The notes: a model not told the origin generated them from the sequence alone. A DNA stretch of 63,167 nt, filler included, from Choristocarpus tenellus KU-1152 (GCA_964200185.2; 9 parts of 9 records of this genome joined end to end with filler, not necessarily neighbours in it), one strand, 5' to 3'. Shown: positions 49,210-63,043, counted from the whole stretch's first letter. A program made the numbers and translations.

Positions 49210-49408
49210 TTTCTGGTGTGGGGGTACCGGGCGCGTAGGGGGGAACCCCCATCTGTCAACCCCCCCCCCCCAAAAACCTNNNNNNNNNNNNNNNNNNNNN
49301 NNNNNNNNNNNNNNNNNNNNNNNTTAATTAATTAANNNNNNNNNNNNNNNNNNNNNNNNNNNNNNNNNNNNNNNNNNNNTTTTTTGTGTGAAAGCGTGAG
49401 TGGCGTGG

Positions 49409-49586
49409 GGCTCAAAGTATCGGGGGGGGGGGGGGCTGTCCATTCGGGGCACATTTTTCCATTTGGCGATTTTTGGGTGATTTGGTTGCATGCGTCGGAT
49501 GGATAATGTAAGTACAATTCTCCTGGTCAGGGCCTGAATGGACACAATGGTGTAGATCCCCCTCACACACACAGATAATTTTAGCC
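49409..49586 (+). mobile_element. MITE family B, diverged
   Basis: GGCTCAAAGTATC(G)n ... AGATAATTTTAGCC; internal homology to the other B copies. Confidence 0.82.
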
Positions 49587-50250
49587 ATGGATGTTGCTAA
49601 AAAAACGTTGGAACAGCAAAAACTGAGGCAACTCTAAGTTGCAAATTGCCTTACAAGAGATTTGATTTAATTCACTCGCCTCCACTTGTAGGCTGTGTTT
49701 AAAAGATTATACTCGGAATGAGTAGTACAAATATATATATATATATACATAAGATACATGCATGAACTGATGGGTTGTTTTGTCTGTCTGTTGAAGCACA
49801 TTCCAAGGCCAACGTCAATATATCATGATAAGTTATAGTTAGTGACAGAGAATGGTCTAGGATTATCTGTCACGATGGCAGAGGCTGAATCAAAATGATC
49901 ACTTTTTGTTCACACGTTGGGGTTTAGGGTTAGGGCTTGATCGCAAGAATTCACCATCTCATTTCATATTTCCAAGAGAGGCTCTATATCTCTTTCCCAA
50001 CTTTGCCTTCTGTATCCTCAACATCCCAGCCACCACCCCCACTCCTAACCTAGTGACAGCATTTGCATCTAGCTGGGAAGACTTCACTATAATAACAGCT
50101 CCTCTGCATCAACGACCCTCCATATGGGTAGCACGTCATGGATATATCCCCCTATGACTGACCCTAGTCCGTGGTTGTCAAGCGATTCCATAACCATTTT
50201 TTGTAGCAATGCTCTCTTTCCCCCACCCCCCTTCCCATTTACAGCTCATT

Positions 50251-50251
<1 letters not shown>

Positions 50252-50295
<44 letters not shown>
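50252..50295. repeat. (CA)n microsatellite; others at 29715-29748 (CA), 32575-32602 (GT) and 54002-54036 (TAC)
   Basis: Direct reading of simple repeats. Confidence 0.9.
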
Positions 50296-50298
<3 letters not shown>

Positions 50299-50448
50299 TT
50301 CTTTTCCATTGCCATTGGTCCACTTTATAGTTTTCTTAAATGCACTTTAAAATGCACAATCCTAAATGCAATCTCCATCTGTCTTTATTAATGCGCTTTA
50401 TCCAACCCATCACTCTTGCCACGACTCCGCAATAATTTCCAACCTCAC

Positions 50449-53400
50449 CTCTGTGCTCCTGCAGAAAGGAATTGGCTAGGGCAAGGCGATCCTCTCTCCT
50501 TTTTGTGTCAGATCCCACCCTCCTCTTGGCTGATCTCGGTGTAGGCAGCAACTCACCCTTGAGGAGAACCGGCGGGTACCAGGATCGAAGCACACACCCT
50601 CCACCTGGACCCTCGCCCCACTTGCCACCATAACCATGACATTCATAGGCACTGCAATAGGCTCCCCCGTCCTTTGTCGCTCTTCTCCTGCCCGGAGCAT
50701 ACCAAACGTACTCCCACGCCCCCCATGTTTCGTTGAACTCCTTTCTACATTGCTTAAGGGTCAGGATGCGAGCACGGCGTCTGGCAATCCACCCTCGAAC
50801 AGCCGCCTGCAGCTTCACCTGATGTGATGTCGTGGGTTGTTTGAGGGAAGGAAGTGGGGGGGGAGGAACTGTAGCTGGAGGTGGGGGAGGTGTGTTGACC
50901 ATCAGGGGCGGAAAAAAGAGGGAAGTGATCTCATCATCATTTCCCTTGCAGTAGTAGTTCCACCAGGCCAAGGCAAGAATTGTTTGTACTGAGTACGGGT
51001 ACAAGCAATGCCGGATGAACTCTGTCCACCATAATGTCAAACTCTGCACAAAAGCGTGTAGGTAGGTCGGTGAAGATAGACCTGCTGATATATTAGAAAA
51101 AAAAATGGGTTAGGTTGTAAAAAAAAAGACTAGACTTTCATCATATTCTCGGTACACGCTGGGTATACCTCACTATGGCACTGGATATTAGAGCACGACA
51201 ATCATTTCTCAGGCTTGTGATCCTTGTAAGTCAAGTTACTCTGTTCTCCTGAAGCTGCAGAAGGAATAGTAGCATAAGAATTGAGTGATAACCTTGCAGG
51301 GCTGGTGTATCAAAGGGTGTGTCATGTTAAAGCAGATGACTCAGACGGAGATCGAACAAATCATGCAAATCACTGCACAGGTGGCACTTGCAAAGCAAAG
51401 GACACTACCCCCCATACACCCAGTTCTCTAACCAAATTCAAGGTTGTCCTGGGCATGTCCCTGCGTCCAACCCAAGCAACCTCCTTTTCTGCCTCCTGGA
51501 TCAGTTCCAATGCCCAGCGATACCCTTCCCCAATCGCCTCCTTCTCTCTCCTCTGTGCCTACAACCAAGGAATGGAGTGTGGTTTTTAGAGCCAACTGCA
51601 ACAAAGAATAGAATTGTTAATGAAAATATCACTCTGTGCATAACGCGCTTGAAACTGCTCACATATTGTTCGTTCAGAAAAACGCCACGGGGCTCTAGCA
51701 ATGAATAGAAACCTCACGGCAAGAAATTATTGTTTCGTACACAAAATACATTTACAGAGTTGTTTTCAAGGAATAAACAAATCCTGTGTAGTATCGTGAG
51801 CTATACTTGGACATCTGTTCTGGAAATCTCCAGGTGCTTATCCTCAGTGGAATTAGTCGACTGGTTAGATGATGATATTGCCATTGCTTTATGAGAACAC
51901 CATTCCAATTGACTAAGGATGCCCCGTTGCACTGTCAGTGACCGAAGAAGGTATCGCACGTTTGAAGGAGGAGGAGGAGGAGGAGACAGGGTGCTGGAAG
52001 TGTAGGTCCTGTTGTTGCAGTTTAGTCCTTTGTATGTGGTTGTTGCAGGGTGGGCGATGCTGCTGCAGCTGTAGATTCCTACCTTGCCAACACACCACAC
52101 ACCTGCAGGTCGTGGCATCTATGTTCTTCAAGTTTTCACTTTTTCATGCGACTTTTCTTTGCCTTTTTAGGGCATACGTTGCACCTTTGTACATCATGTG
52201 AAGAAAATAGTCCAATGCTGAGGGCAGAGCTGATGTGTTACAATATTTGTGAAGGGGTCAAGGGGTATAAGTTCTTCCTTCTTTGATCCTTGGTTGGAGA
52301 CTCCACAATATGTCATGCGATACTTACTCCCTTGGTGCATGTTCATGGACTACATAAGGATCATCCTTGTTTTCCTCTCTCCTCCTATCAACCAAATCAC
52401 ATACAGAAAGCAGAAACTCAACTTGTTCATTGAAGATCTCACACGCAATCGAAAACGCAATTACTCTTCAATGAGGGCAGTAGTTCCTGGGAAATGTGGA
52501 CCAAGGAACAAGGATACAGCTTCTAGAGAGGCCCAGCCCAGACAAGAACGCCGCAATGCAACACCCTACAGAGTCAACATAGGTCATACAGGAAAGTGTC
52601 ATTGTTCCATTGCACAGGAGATGTAAGAGAGTGGTGCACATGGGCGCACAAGTTCAGGGCACTCAGAAAACCTCTTCTTGAGCCTTATAGACGCCACAGA
52701 CAACAACAAAAATGAGGTTGAGTTTACATTGTATCTGTTCACTGTTTTCTCCAATTCCAGCACGCTCTTCCGTCATATCAGGTTTGGACCTCTCTCCTTA
52801 TTTCCAAAGCGCCTCCAAGCTTTTTGAGGTCGTCTCAAATGTGATTGCTGTAATCTTGCAAGGTGGTGTTCGTCATCATCATAGTAGTCAAATAGAGCGC
52901 CATTGATTCAAACTTTTCGTTGACCCTGCACTGCGTAATATATTCCACACATGCCATCTATTTGAGCTCAATTTCTCACCTCCTCGCAAAAGTGTTCAAT
53001 TGCAAGTGCACAGTTGCCAGAGAGGGTTATCAGCACTCCGGGAAGAAGGCAAAGCTGTGAATTTGTGTCCTCGCCTAGGTCGTCTCGGACATACTTCCTT
53101 CCATTTTCTTCGTCCCTGTTCTCGTTGCCAGCATCGGCACTATCAGATGCATCAACACCCCCTGCGCCTGTCTGTGTACAGAGTGACAATTATTATTTTT
53201 CAAATGGTTCGGTAGCATCCTCATCGACAGTGGTTGCTCAAACCATACACTCGACAATGATGCCCATTAGGTACTTGATGCCAAGGTGAGTACACCTCTG
53301 TGCTTGTTTCGGTGTTCAGCCGAAACATGCTTACGTTCCCTTTCCACGACACACCTCCAGAGGGGGTCGAACGTTCTAGGATCAGCTCCAACCTTCAAAT

Positions 53401-53569
53401 TCTCAGGATTGAGAAATGTCGCTCCTCCCCAGGTAGAAGGATGTCGAACAAGGAGCATGTCACGAAAGGCACGTGCCCTCAGAAGCTCGCAATCAGCTCG
53501 TCGTTTGGCCAAGCATGCATCCTCAGCTGCGTACTCAAGCTGAACGTCCTTCGCCACACGAGCTGCGAG
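50449..53569 (-). pseudogene. Multi-exon gene of unknown function with an IQ motif; apparent premature stops in middle exons
   Basis: Exon 51043-50449 contains a Pro-rich linker and VKLQAAVRGWIARRR (IQ motif). Upstream exon-like blocks lie at 53569-~53280, ~53170-52980 and ~52930-52790, the last with an in-frame TGA at 52835-52837. The exon model is uncertain. Confidence 0.45.
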
Positions 53570-54004
53570 CTAGAGAACAAAGGTGGTATTCGAGATATGT
53601 TGTGCAGCCAGAAAGTATAGGTGGTGTTCTATTGTAGGGATGTCTCCATTGGTCTCGATGCAACTGATGGACAGGAGATCCAGCCTCACATTGCAAGTGA
53701 CGCATGACGACCGATTCCCAGGACCTGCAATTGTGTGCTTGCACTCACTCAACTGACTTAGGGCTGGGGTGAATCCTCCCATTCTTATTCAACTGGTTGG
53801 CTTCATAGAGCTCTACAGTGCTTTTCACGCGCATTCAAGTACTGCACGTCCTGCTTCCCCCATTCAGATCCATATAGGAACAAACTGAGACAAGATGTGG
53901 TGGCGTGGATGTCAGGTCTGGAACTGTGTTGAAGTTTCCATATTTTCCTGATTTCTACACTCCTTGTGAAAGAAAAATAGTCGCAGGAGGGTGAACTCCT
54001 GTAC

Positions 54005-54036
<32 letters not shown>

Positions 54037-54645
54037 ATGTTGTAGTCGTGTGACCAAACTACGAAAGTTGTACTATAACACCCCACCCACTTTGAAAAAC
54101 GCGAAGACAACAAGACCACATTACGGTTTCATCCCCACTTCATCATGAGTATGAAAGAAACCATTATGATACAATATAGTATATTAGTGAAATAACAAAT
54201 AAGATTAGTATTTCACATTTGTGACATTTTTTTTTGTTTAGGGTTTATACCGACATCTGACACATCTGCAAAATGTCAGAGGGCATAATAATAAAACTAG
54301 TTTTCATTGGTTTTTCCCCTATAACACATCTATAAAATGTCACAGGGTTAAATAATATGTACTGTATATTAAATACATCGAGAAAATGTTACGGTTATAA
54401 TAATATATATATATATGGAGGACATTTTATATACACATATGTATATAGTTTTCATTGGTTTTCCCCTGACACATCTGCAAAATGTCAGAGGGCAAAATAA
54501 TATAATAAAATATATATATTGTGTGAGGGGAATATCTATTGTTGGAATAATGGGTAGACAATGTTGTGGAAACCCCACAGATCATGTACAAGTAGTCAAT
54601 CATCCTCATTCCACCTTTTCGTAACATAGGGGGAGATACATAGCT

Positions 54646-56453
54646 ATGAAGGAAGGAGTATTTTTGAAGTTGGCTATTGTGACTACTATTTATCTGTCGT
54701 TGCTTTCCAGTGTTGTTGCCTTTTCCGTACAGTGTCCTACAAAGGCATTGCGTCGTGATTGCCTACACTTACCTACTTCTAGCATGTTGTTCATGTCCAC
54801 TGCGCCTCCAACACAGGATTTCAGAGCTCGGGTTGGAGATGCTATTGCATCCGTAGTTGCACAATCACCTGCCTATCCCATGCTGGTGAAGAAAGCGAAG
54901 CGTACGATGAAAAACTCGGTCAAGGCAAGTAACTTTTTTCACAATGAGTAACCTTGCACTAACACAGGTATCTGTTCAATTGGACATAAGCCCGGCGTTT
55001 GGTAAGAACAGAGAAGTCGCCATGTTTACTTCTCTGAAAATTATTAACTCGATGCACCTTTGGTTTAATTGGAAAACTTTTCATTTGAACTCGATTAGAG
55101 AACACCAACGTTGTGTAGGTTTGCACAGTAATCCATCCATGCAGTTGTACTTGAAGTACGTGGACAGAACGAAAAGAAGGGAGGTAGGCAAAGTCTTGTT
55201 TTACATGGACAGCACTACTACTTCCCTTTGCTTTCTCTTTGTCTCCCTGCCTCGCTTGTTCCCCTATCCCCCGACTCTGTCCCCGGTTCTGATGGTACCT
55301 TGTCTACAATAGTCTCTGCCAGGCAATTCTCTTGATACTCTCAAGCACCTGATTGCACGTTCAGGAAGACCTTTGCGATACATACATATCCGTGCCGTTT
55401 GGAACAGAACGTCGGCATTGACTGGGATGGAGAGGTACAGCGCCTGCAAGGAGTGCAAGACTGGGAGGCCTCTTTGGCTGAATTGTTGAAGGATGGAAAA
55501 GTGAATGTACCAGAGTACTACATGCAGCCCTTCCACACCTATCCAGATGGGAACTTGTGTTGGGAAGCGGCGTGGGAGCAGGAGCTGGCGTCCAAGGCAG
55601 TTGGGTGTGTGCCAGATAGTGTATCTATGTAGGTGGTGGTCATAAAACATACAGCCTACCCCCAATATATTTAGTATGTATGTCAATGTTGATGTGATCA
55701 TGATCAGAAACGTTTAAAACTTAATATTCAAAATGTGTGCAAAGTCAGTAACAATAAGAAGCGTGCATTGAACCCTCCTTTGCAGTGTTCTTGCTTGTGA
55801 AGTGGACCAAATTGACCACAATTTTCAACACACTTGTAGAATGTCCTTGCTAGTATCCTAGTGGCACATGAGTTTGGGTGCAATGGATCAAACAGTTCCT
55901 TCTAGAACAGCCTTTCCGGTTTAACAACCCTTTGCCCTTGTCAATGTCATGCATGTCAATCATTTCAACACTAAAGAATCTCTACAACAATCAATGATGG
56001 TTGGGGGAAACCTGAAGTGTCATACTCAATCCCCTACTTCCTCTTGCCCCCAGTAATATACACTCCCACTATTTTTCATCATGAGAGCTCTGTTATGTTA
56101 TTTTCTGCTGCTGCTGCCTCGGGATTGCTGAGATGGTGAGGTGAAGAGTGGTACGAACAACCTTGGGTGTTCCCTTAAGGTCATAGCCATGTAAAATGCA
56201 CCCTTCATCGCTGGAAAATTCGACAGCATCCCACAAAGACCCCTTCCATATCACATTCTTGGCAAATCTTACCATAAACACTCTGCTTGTGCCCCTTTTT
56301 CTGTCTCAGGGCCAGGAATTTCCCAGACGATGCGGCCCAGGGGGAACATTGCCTTCGCATGGCGTACACCACCCAGATGGAGCGGCTAGGGGCTGTGGTG
56401 GACAAAGGGGGGTTAATTGTGGACATGGGCTGTGGAACAGGTGCCAGTACCAG
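54646..56453 (+). CDS. Plastid-targeted class I SAM-dependent methyltransferase (Methyltransf_11/25-like), truncated by a linker
   Basis: Exon 54646-54924 has a signal peptide ending VVA-FSV followed by a transit peptide. Exon 55408-55604 contains PEYYMQPFHTYPDGNLCWEAAWE. Exon 56310-56453 contains SAM motif I, IVDMGCGTG. Confidence 0.88.
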
Positions 56454-59151
56454 NNNNNNNNNNNNNNNNNNNNNNNNNNNNNNNNNNNNNNNNNNNNTTA
56501 ATTAATTAANNNNNNNNNNNNNNNNNNNNNNNNNNNNNNNNNNNNNNNNNNNNAACAACATCAACAAAAAACAACAACAACAACAACAAAAACAACAACA
56601 AAAGAAACAACACCACCAACAGCACCCACCCCCCCCCCCCCCCCCCCCCAGATACTTTGAGCCTTCTGCCTTGCCTGTGTAATTCCTCTACCATCGTCTC
56701 CCTGCCTACACACAGACCAGCACTATTCCGTCACACCTCTTCGAACCACATTACCTTCCTGCACGACCAACCTCGTGTGTGCGTCGTGAAAAGAACCCTC
56801 GGTGTAAGTATCGCAAATACTCTTGCTATATTAGTCATTCCACGACCGCAGTGAGCAGTGAGATGTGTTGGCGTGCATCACTTAGAATATTCATGTAGGA
56901 CAGCATTCAATCCCCTATACATGTCGTAGTAAATGGTATTAATGCTTACGTTGTGTGAGCCGATACAATAATATAACACAGTATCCCCCAACCTTAAACA
57001 ACCGTCCAAAATACTTTTTTTTGTCTACGTAGATAAGGCGTGTCGAAAATAATTGGAAAAAAAGCAGTTAGCGTTTCAAACGTTCTAAACGCCAATTCGA
57101 CGAACCTCCTACCTGTACAGCATTCAGTGGTGTCCCGATCTCTGACCGAAAAAGAAAATTAAGGTCCACAACTTAAGTAGAGGGGGAATCAATTCCCAAT
57201 ATATTGTCTTTCAATTTACAAACCAAGTAACTACACATAACAGGGGGAAACAATATACTAGCAATGACTGAATTCATGCGTAGAGAATGTAATAGAGTTG
57301 ACAGGTCGAAGGGATGTCAAGAATACGCCTTCTATTTGTGTAAGAGTAGAATGTGTAGGAAACAATAAGTTGTTGGAAGAGAATAGGCTTGTTTTCTGAA
57401 GGATAGTAGATAAGTATGGGGTAATTGAAGTGGAACATGGAAGAATTCAGGAACAGGAAATATTGTAGCAAGCAATTTGTGATTAGTGATTAGTGATCTA
57501 CAGAATAGGATACATTTCGTGGAAGAGTTCTTTCGTATACACTTGAAGTATCACTCCCCCTTTATCCTTCCTACTTCATCCACAACCTGCCCAACCCAAT
57601 AAGGAATTAATCAAGTAATTCACATACACAAGTTTTGAGAAACATCAGTTTTTTTAAGTTGCGAGTCCTACAGGTGAAGAAAGTTGCTTGGTAGGTAGAG
57701 TGTCAAATGCTGTGGACTACAACTGTTCCATGACACAGTCCCTGTCCAACACCATCAAGCGGTTTTTGTGATCTCCACTTGTTCATGTCAATTAATGGGG
57801 GCCTTCCTGTACCTTGAAAGCATCAACCTCTACTTATGCTGCTTCCTCCATGTGCTCCATGATCAGGAATTCCAATATCCCGCCAACATCACCTGAATTC
57901 CTCACACACATTACACAGGAAGCTCATTAGAAGTCCTCTTGAGTGTTATGGGATGGTTATCCCCGGTGAAGATGGACAATTCATGGACGCAGGCATGATT
58001 CCACCACTGGACAATTCTCTGCATCCTGTGCTCTGTGTTCCTCCTCCACAATGTCTAGAACTTCTCTATCTCCACCCTACCTGCCTGCAAATGCCCTCAT
58101 TCCCATTCCCTGGAATCCTGTATCTTTTTTTTGCATGGGGTCAAGACAAGTAACCAGGACCTGGCTTCCACCTATTAAACCCACTTCGTTTCCTGTTCCC
58201 ACCCTCAGGGTACTAGGCAATATCCCTCCTTTTACCAAAGTGGATAATGAAACCAGATAACATTGCTCTTGTGCACGGGCACACCTAATGTACTTTTCAC
58301 TTTCCCACCTGTTCAGGGTTGGTGGTGCATTTGAAGGAGCTGCAGTGCTGTACTGCTTTTTCTTCAGGTGTGTGTGTATATCGTTGATACTGGGAAAAAT
58401 TAAATGTGATGACACATATGTGTCATCCTCAAAAATCTTCTCCTGTGTTTCTATGATGGTCTCAAGTAACTCTTTTCACACTAGATCCATGACCTGAGTA
58501 ATAGAACAAGTTAAATAAAGGCGAGATGATGGAGATAAGGAAGAAAAGGTTAAATACTTGAGAGGCCTAAATATATGTTACTACATTATATATGTCATTA
58601 TGCCCTCTGACATTTTGCAGATGCATCAGGGAAAATGCAATACCTATACACAGGGACCCCTGTAAGAACAATAGCTTTCGTTAATGAAATAGATACCTCT
58701 CTCTAAAAGTCATTTGCCCAATAATATGACAGGTCCCTTCTCGCTCACGTCCCTAGTGTCTCCAGCTTGAAACGCATGACACGTCTTGATAGAGCCACGT
58801 GCGTTGTGACAAGCACCACCTGTTTAATGGGGCTTGATAGCCCCTTGCCAACTAAATCCTCCCACTCATCTCCCTCCTACTGCGCGTGTGTCTAACTCAT
58901 CTAAGAAACATTCTTCTTGCTTTCCATGGCACCCAAAAGCTTTCCACCGAAACGGTGTTGAGATACTGATATCTTCAACCTCAGAAATTGATTTTCTTTC
59001 TCTGGGGGGTCAAACGCTCCGAGCTGAGAGACAAGTATCTTCTGCTGTTTGTAGCTTACACTGGTACAACAGTGTTTAGAGCAAGTTATGCATATATAGC
59101 GCTTAATTTGAATGTATGATTGGTAGGATAGAATTTGAAAGAAAACTGAGT

Positions 59152-59329
59152 GACTCAAGGTATCTGGGGGGGTGGCGGCTGTCCATTTGGGGTCAATTTG
59201 TTCATGTCTCAATTTTTGGGTGATTTGGTTGCATACGTCGGATGGATAATGTAAGTGCACTTTCTTGATTTTGGTCCAAAATGGACATCCTGGTGTAGAC
59301 CCCCCCCCCCCCACCAGATACTTTGGGTC
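59152..59329 (+). mobile_element. MITE family B
   Basis: GACTCAAGGTATCTG(G)n ... (C)nACCAGATACTTTGGGTC; exact 3-bp TSD AGT. Confidence 0.92.
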
Positions 59330-61499
59330 AGTCATACTAACTGAGAGGTTCACTTGTTTTGCCCATTTTGCGTGTGCCCTTTTTTCTAACTGTGGTCCAA
59401 CATGTGCTATTTTCATGTTTTTTACGTACAGAATGCAATCCCAAAAACAAAGGTATATATATGTCCAGAAAACAGGCTGACACGAACAAAAGAAATGTCA
59501 TAATGTGTTGACCATTTCGTCAGACAATTATTTACATGTTATATTGTCATACTGGTAGATGGGTGCAGGCTATCGAAATGTGAAGAGATGAGTAACTGGT
59601 AACAGATCTCTGTCAATTGTTCACATCTGGCCTTAACTCTCTACATCTTGAGTACACCAAGTGTACAAATCCTTTGCAAATACTTCGAAGTAGATTATAC
59701 GTACTCTTGGAGTACATGTTTTGGGCCTCTGCACATGAACTAATTCTTTGAAGAAATAAATTTTATTTATCCCTCAACTCTTCTTGTATTTCGTGAGTGG
59801 GCATGATGCAGTGAAGAGACTGTCCATCACTGAGCACATTCTTGACTCTCGTGTGTGCTACAGGTGGCTGTTCATCACTCATGTCTATTTTTTTCCAAGA
59901 AATGAATTTATCGATCACAGAATTACAATATGTAGGTAACACGAGATCTGGGCGAAGACAGAGGAGGGAAGAGTAAGGTTGCCAGGGATCTGTGTACCAG
60001 AGACAGAGAGAGACTTTAGGTAAGTCACATTTATTCTTTGCTTTTTGAGTGGCATGAACTCCCCAGCATGATGTAATAACCGTACAGCCACTAAATATCA
60101 CATTGAGAGTTGAGACAACATTGTTTGTCCTAGTGTTGAATTGGAACATTGTTGTTGTCTTGAGCAATATCTCCAATATATTTTTTTGTTTCAAATTGAG
60201 GAAGGAGAAGAGAGCGCTTGGCACAATGTCGCCTTCATGACCTCCTCTTCTCTGGTGTTGATTTTAATCACTGACTACCTTGTGTTTTTTTCACGGTTGT
60301 ACTATTGATTAAATCAATCTTACGGCACTCTATACTATAAGCAGTATATTCAGGTCACAAACCCTAGCCAATAGTTGCTGATATGGTAAAACGTTTACTC
60401 CTCGTTTCTCCATTCTTAAGGACCATGTTCGTACAAGATACAAGAGGCCTATATGATGGTCCCATATGCCTCTCGACCAATATTCGGGCCGACTCCATTA
60501 CTGATCTCATGCCCTCAAACCTTGAGCTTGATGATGCTATCAATGCTTTGACTATACACCATCAACTTTACTTGTATCCAGGCCGACTGATATGCTAATT
60601 CGATACAAACCTTGTAGAGGAGTAATTGATCTGCTGATCACATACCATTATGTTTATCATTGACTAATCGTATCCTGAACAAAGATAATTCGTGATTGAT
60701 GTAATGGTCCAACAATATGCTAACAGTCTATCCTGTTTGCCACTTTTTTTCCAGAGCTCACTTTTTTGTTGGCCTTGAATCATGCTTGCATGCACTCAAG
60801 ACCCATCAGAAGGGGGGGTGATGTGGAAAGGAGATTTATAAATTGTCGTATCATTTTTTGCCGTACCATATACTGTTATACCGTTTGATGCTCTATCTAA
60901 AACCATTAGTGACAACCTTGGTAAAGAACCATTGATCCGCCGGGGAAGATAATTCTGAGAGCAATCAAACATGGAGAGATCAGGGCTTTCATCATGCCTG
61001 TCATGATACTCCCCTCTCATCATTCTTCACGCTTGTCCTTACCCAACCTTATCCTCATCCTCTCGGTTACAGTTTGTTTCGGGTCCATCTGGGGAAGAAG
61101 GGTTTGACTTGGCTACAATATCCATTATCACTTAGCAAAGGGTTGGATAGGGCAAAGGATCCCGAGGGTAAGACGCCCAATATGAATTATAGCAAATAAG
61201 GTGCACCTTCTCCATAATACTCTGAAGTAGAACTTGACAGTTGGGGTGCGGTACATTGGCGAACAGGGTGCTGAGGAATCCAACTGGATTTCATCTTACA
61301 CTCAAGGTGACTCTGAATGGCATAGGGAACAGGGCTTTCACCGCAACGGACTGAACGGGGAAGAAGGAATGAGCACTGTTGGCATGGAAGAAACAGGTGG
61401 TGACGTTCATCTAAAGCTTCTGCCCCCTTTACGTTTCCAACATTGGGGTCTTAAGGTGAGTGGAGGCATGTCAGTAGGGTTTCGGGCATGTTTAGGTGG

Positions 61500-61759
61500 G
61501 AGTCAAAGTATCTTAGAGGGGTAGAGTCACATCCGTTTGGGGGCCAAAATCCAATGTTGCGATTTTGATGAAATTTCGACTTTTGCGTTTGTTAGGAAGT
61601 GTCAATATCATTGTTCCGCACACACCTTTTCATAATGTATACATTTTTGCTACTCCGAAATGTTTCGGAGTAGGAAAATGCCATTAAAAAACACATGGGA
61701 AGCCAAGCCCCAAATGGACAAACAGGGCAAAATCCGTACCCTCTAAAATAATTTCACTC
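61500..61759 (+). mobile_element. MITE family A
   Basis: GAGTCAAAGTATCTTAGAGGGGT ... ACCCTCTAAAATAATTTCACTC; flanks TGG/TGT. Confidence 0.88.
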
Positions 61760-62775
61760 TGTTGATTGTATCTATATTGGTCTGTTGGGCGACCGTCTTA
61801 GCTAATGTTGGCATGTGTTCAAATAGGGCATTGTTCGCTGACACAGCTTCATCCTTTGTTGTTGAGTCTCGATCTTGCTCCAGAAGTTCAAGGTATTCTG
61901 TGCATTAATATATTATTGTCCACTCAGCACTTGTTGCTAAGCCACGCACACACAACAGTCGCTTCAAGGGGAACTCCAAGCCAGGTTAAGATTGAAAGTA
62001 AGCATATGCGGCTCCCTTTTGTCCACTTGTAGACATCTAGAGCAACCCTGTACTATAGATGTCTATAAACATCCCCAATTCCTATATCCTTAGTAGTTTT
62101 GAGGTCTAAAAACAGCAAACATTATATGGAGATCAAAAAACATTATTTTGTGGACTGTACAGTATCATATACGAAATATTATTTAATTCTGTCGCAAGTA
62201 ATGTACCACACTAGATGCCCTGATAAGTGTGTAGAGCACCTCTCAACATAAACAACATGCAGTTAGCCCATTCATGACTTTGCAGGTTAGCATATGATAA
62301 GGGTTAGCTGACTGCACTTGCTGCCTTTGTTGGTGCCCTTGACTTTTTCTTCCTTGCAGGTGGTATTGCCGACATTGGGGGAGAGGAGAAGAGGTGGATG
62401 AGAAAATAGGGATCAGGCGTGAAAAAGGACTAGATATACTCAAATGAGGGAATTTAAGGGAGTACGCATTAACACCAAGGAAATGTACAGAAGATCATGT
62501 ACATATGGAAAGATAAAACTCAGGGATGCATCCTATCGTTTTACCTAAGGCCACCCATCAAGTCAGACAACTGTGCGGTCACCTCGTGCCGGATTCATTA
62601 TCCTATATACTTGAAAGTAATGAAGGATCCCTTTTCCCATCGCGATCCATCACCTGCACCTAACCTTTTATCCAAAAAAGAATGGTACAGGGTGCTTAAC
62701 GGCAGCAATGGAAGTATTGTCATTTCCCTTCCTCCTCCTCACATGCCAAACTTAGCCCACTCTTGGGATGCAGTA

Positions 62776-63043
62776 TGTTCGATTAGACTCTTCCAACTCT
62801 ATCGGACAGTTACGGTAAAATATGTATGGAGTAACGGAACAATCAATTAGTGGTTGAGTTATCAGAACCTTTTGCTAGTGATTAGTTGTACGATAATTTT
62901 TCTCATATAGAAGGAAATATTTCTGATTTTATTGGGATGTTGCATGCCCCACTTACCTTTAATCAATCACTCTACGGACACCAAGCAATCTCGCTGGGTT
63001 TATAACCTTCACCCTCTTTGATGATTTGGGAGATATTTTAACA
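62776..63043 (-). repeat. Dispersed repeat family C copy (MITE-free 'empty site')
   Basis: Collinear with 17410-17677 and with the reverse complement of 16355-16880 minus the MITE. Confidence 0.8.

Noticed and set aside
52430-52940. Stop-codon reassignment or readthrough as an explanation for in-frame stops
   Set aside because: The well-supported genes (Nup50, sacsin-like, permease, methyltransferase) have no in-frame stops, so ordinary pseudogenisation explains the cases better.
57700-58500. Possible LINE/LTR pol remnant
   Set aside because: The stretch looks coding-like, but no diagnostic motif is recognisable in any frame.
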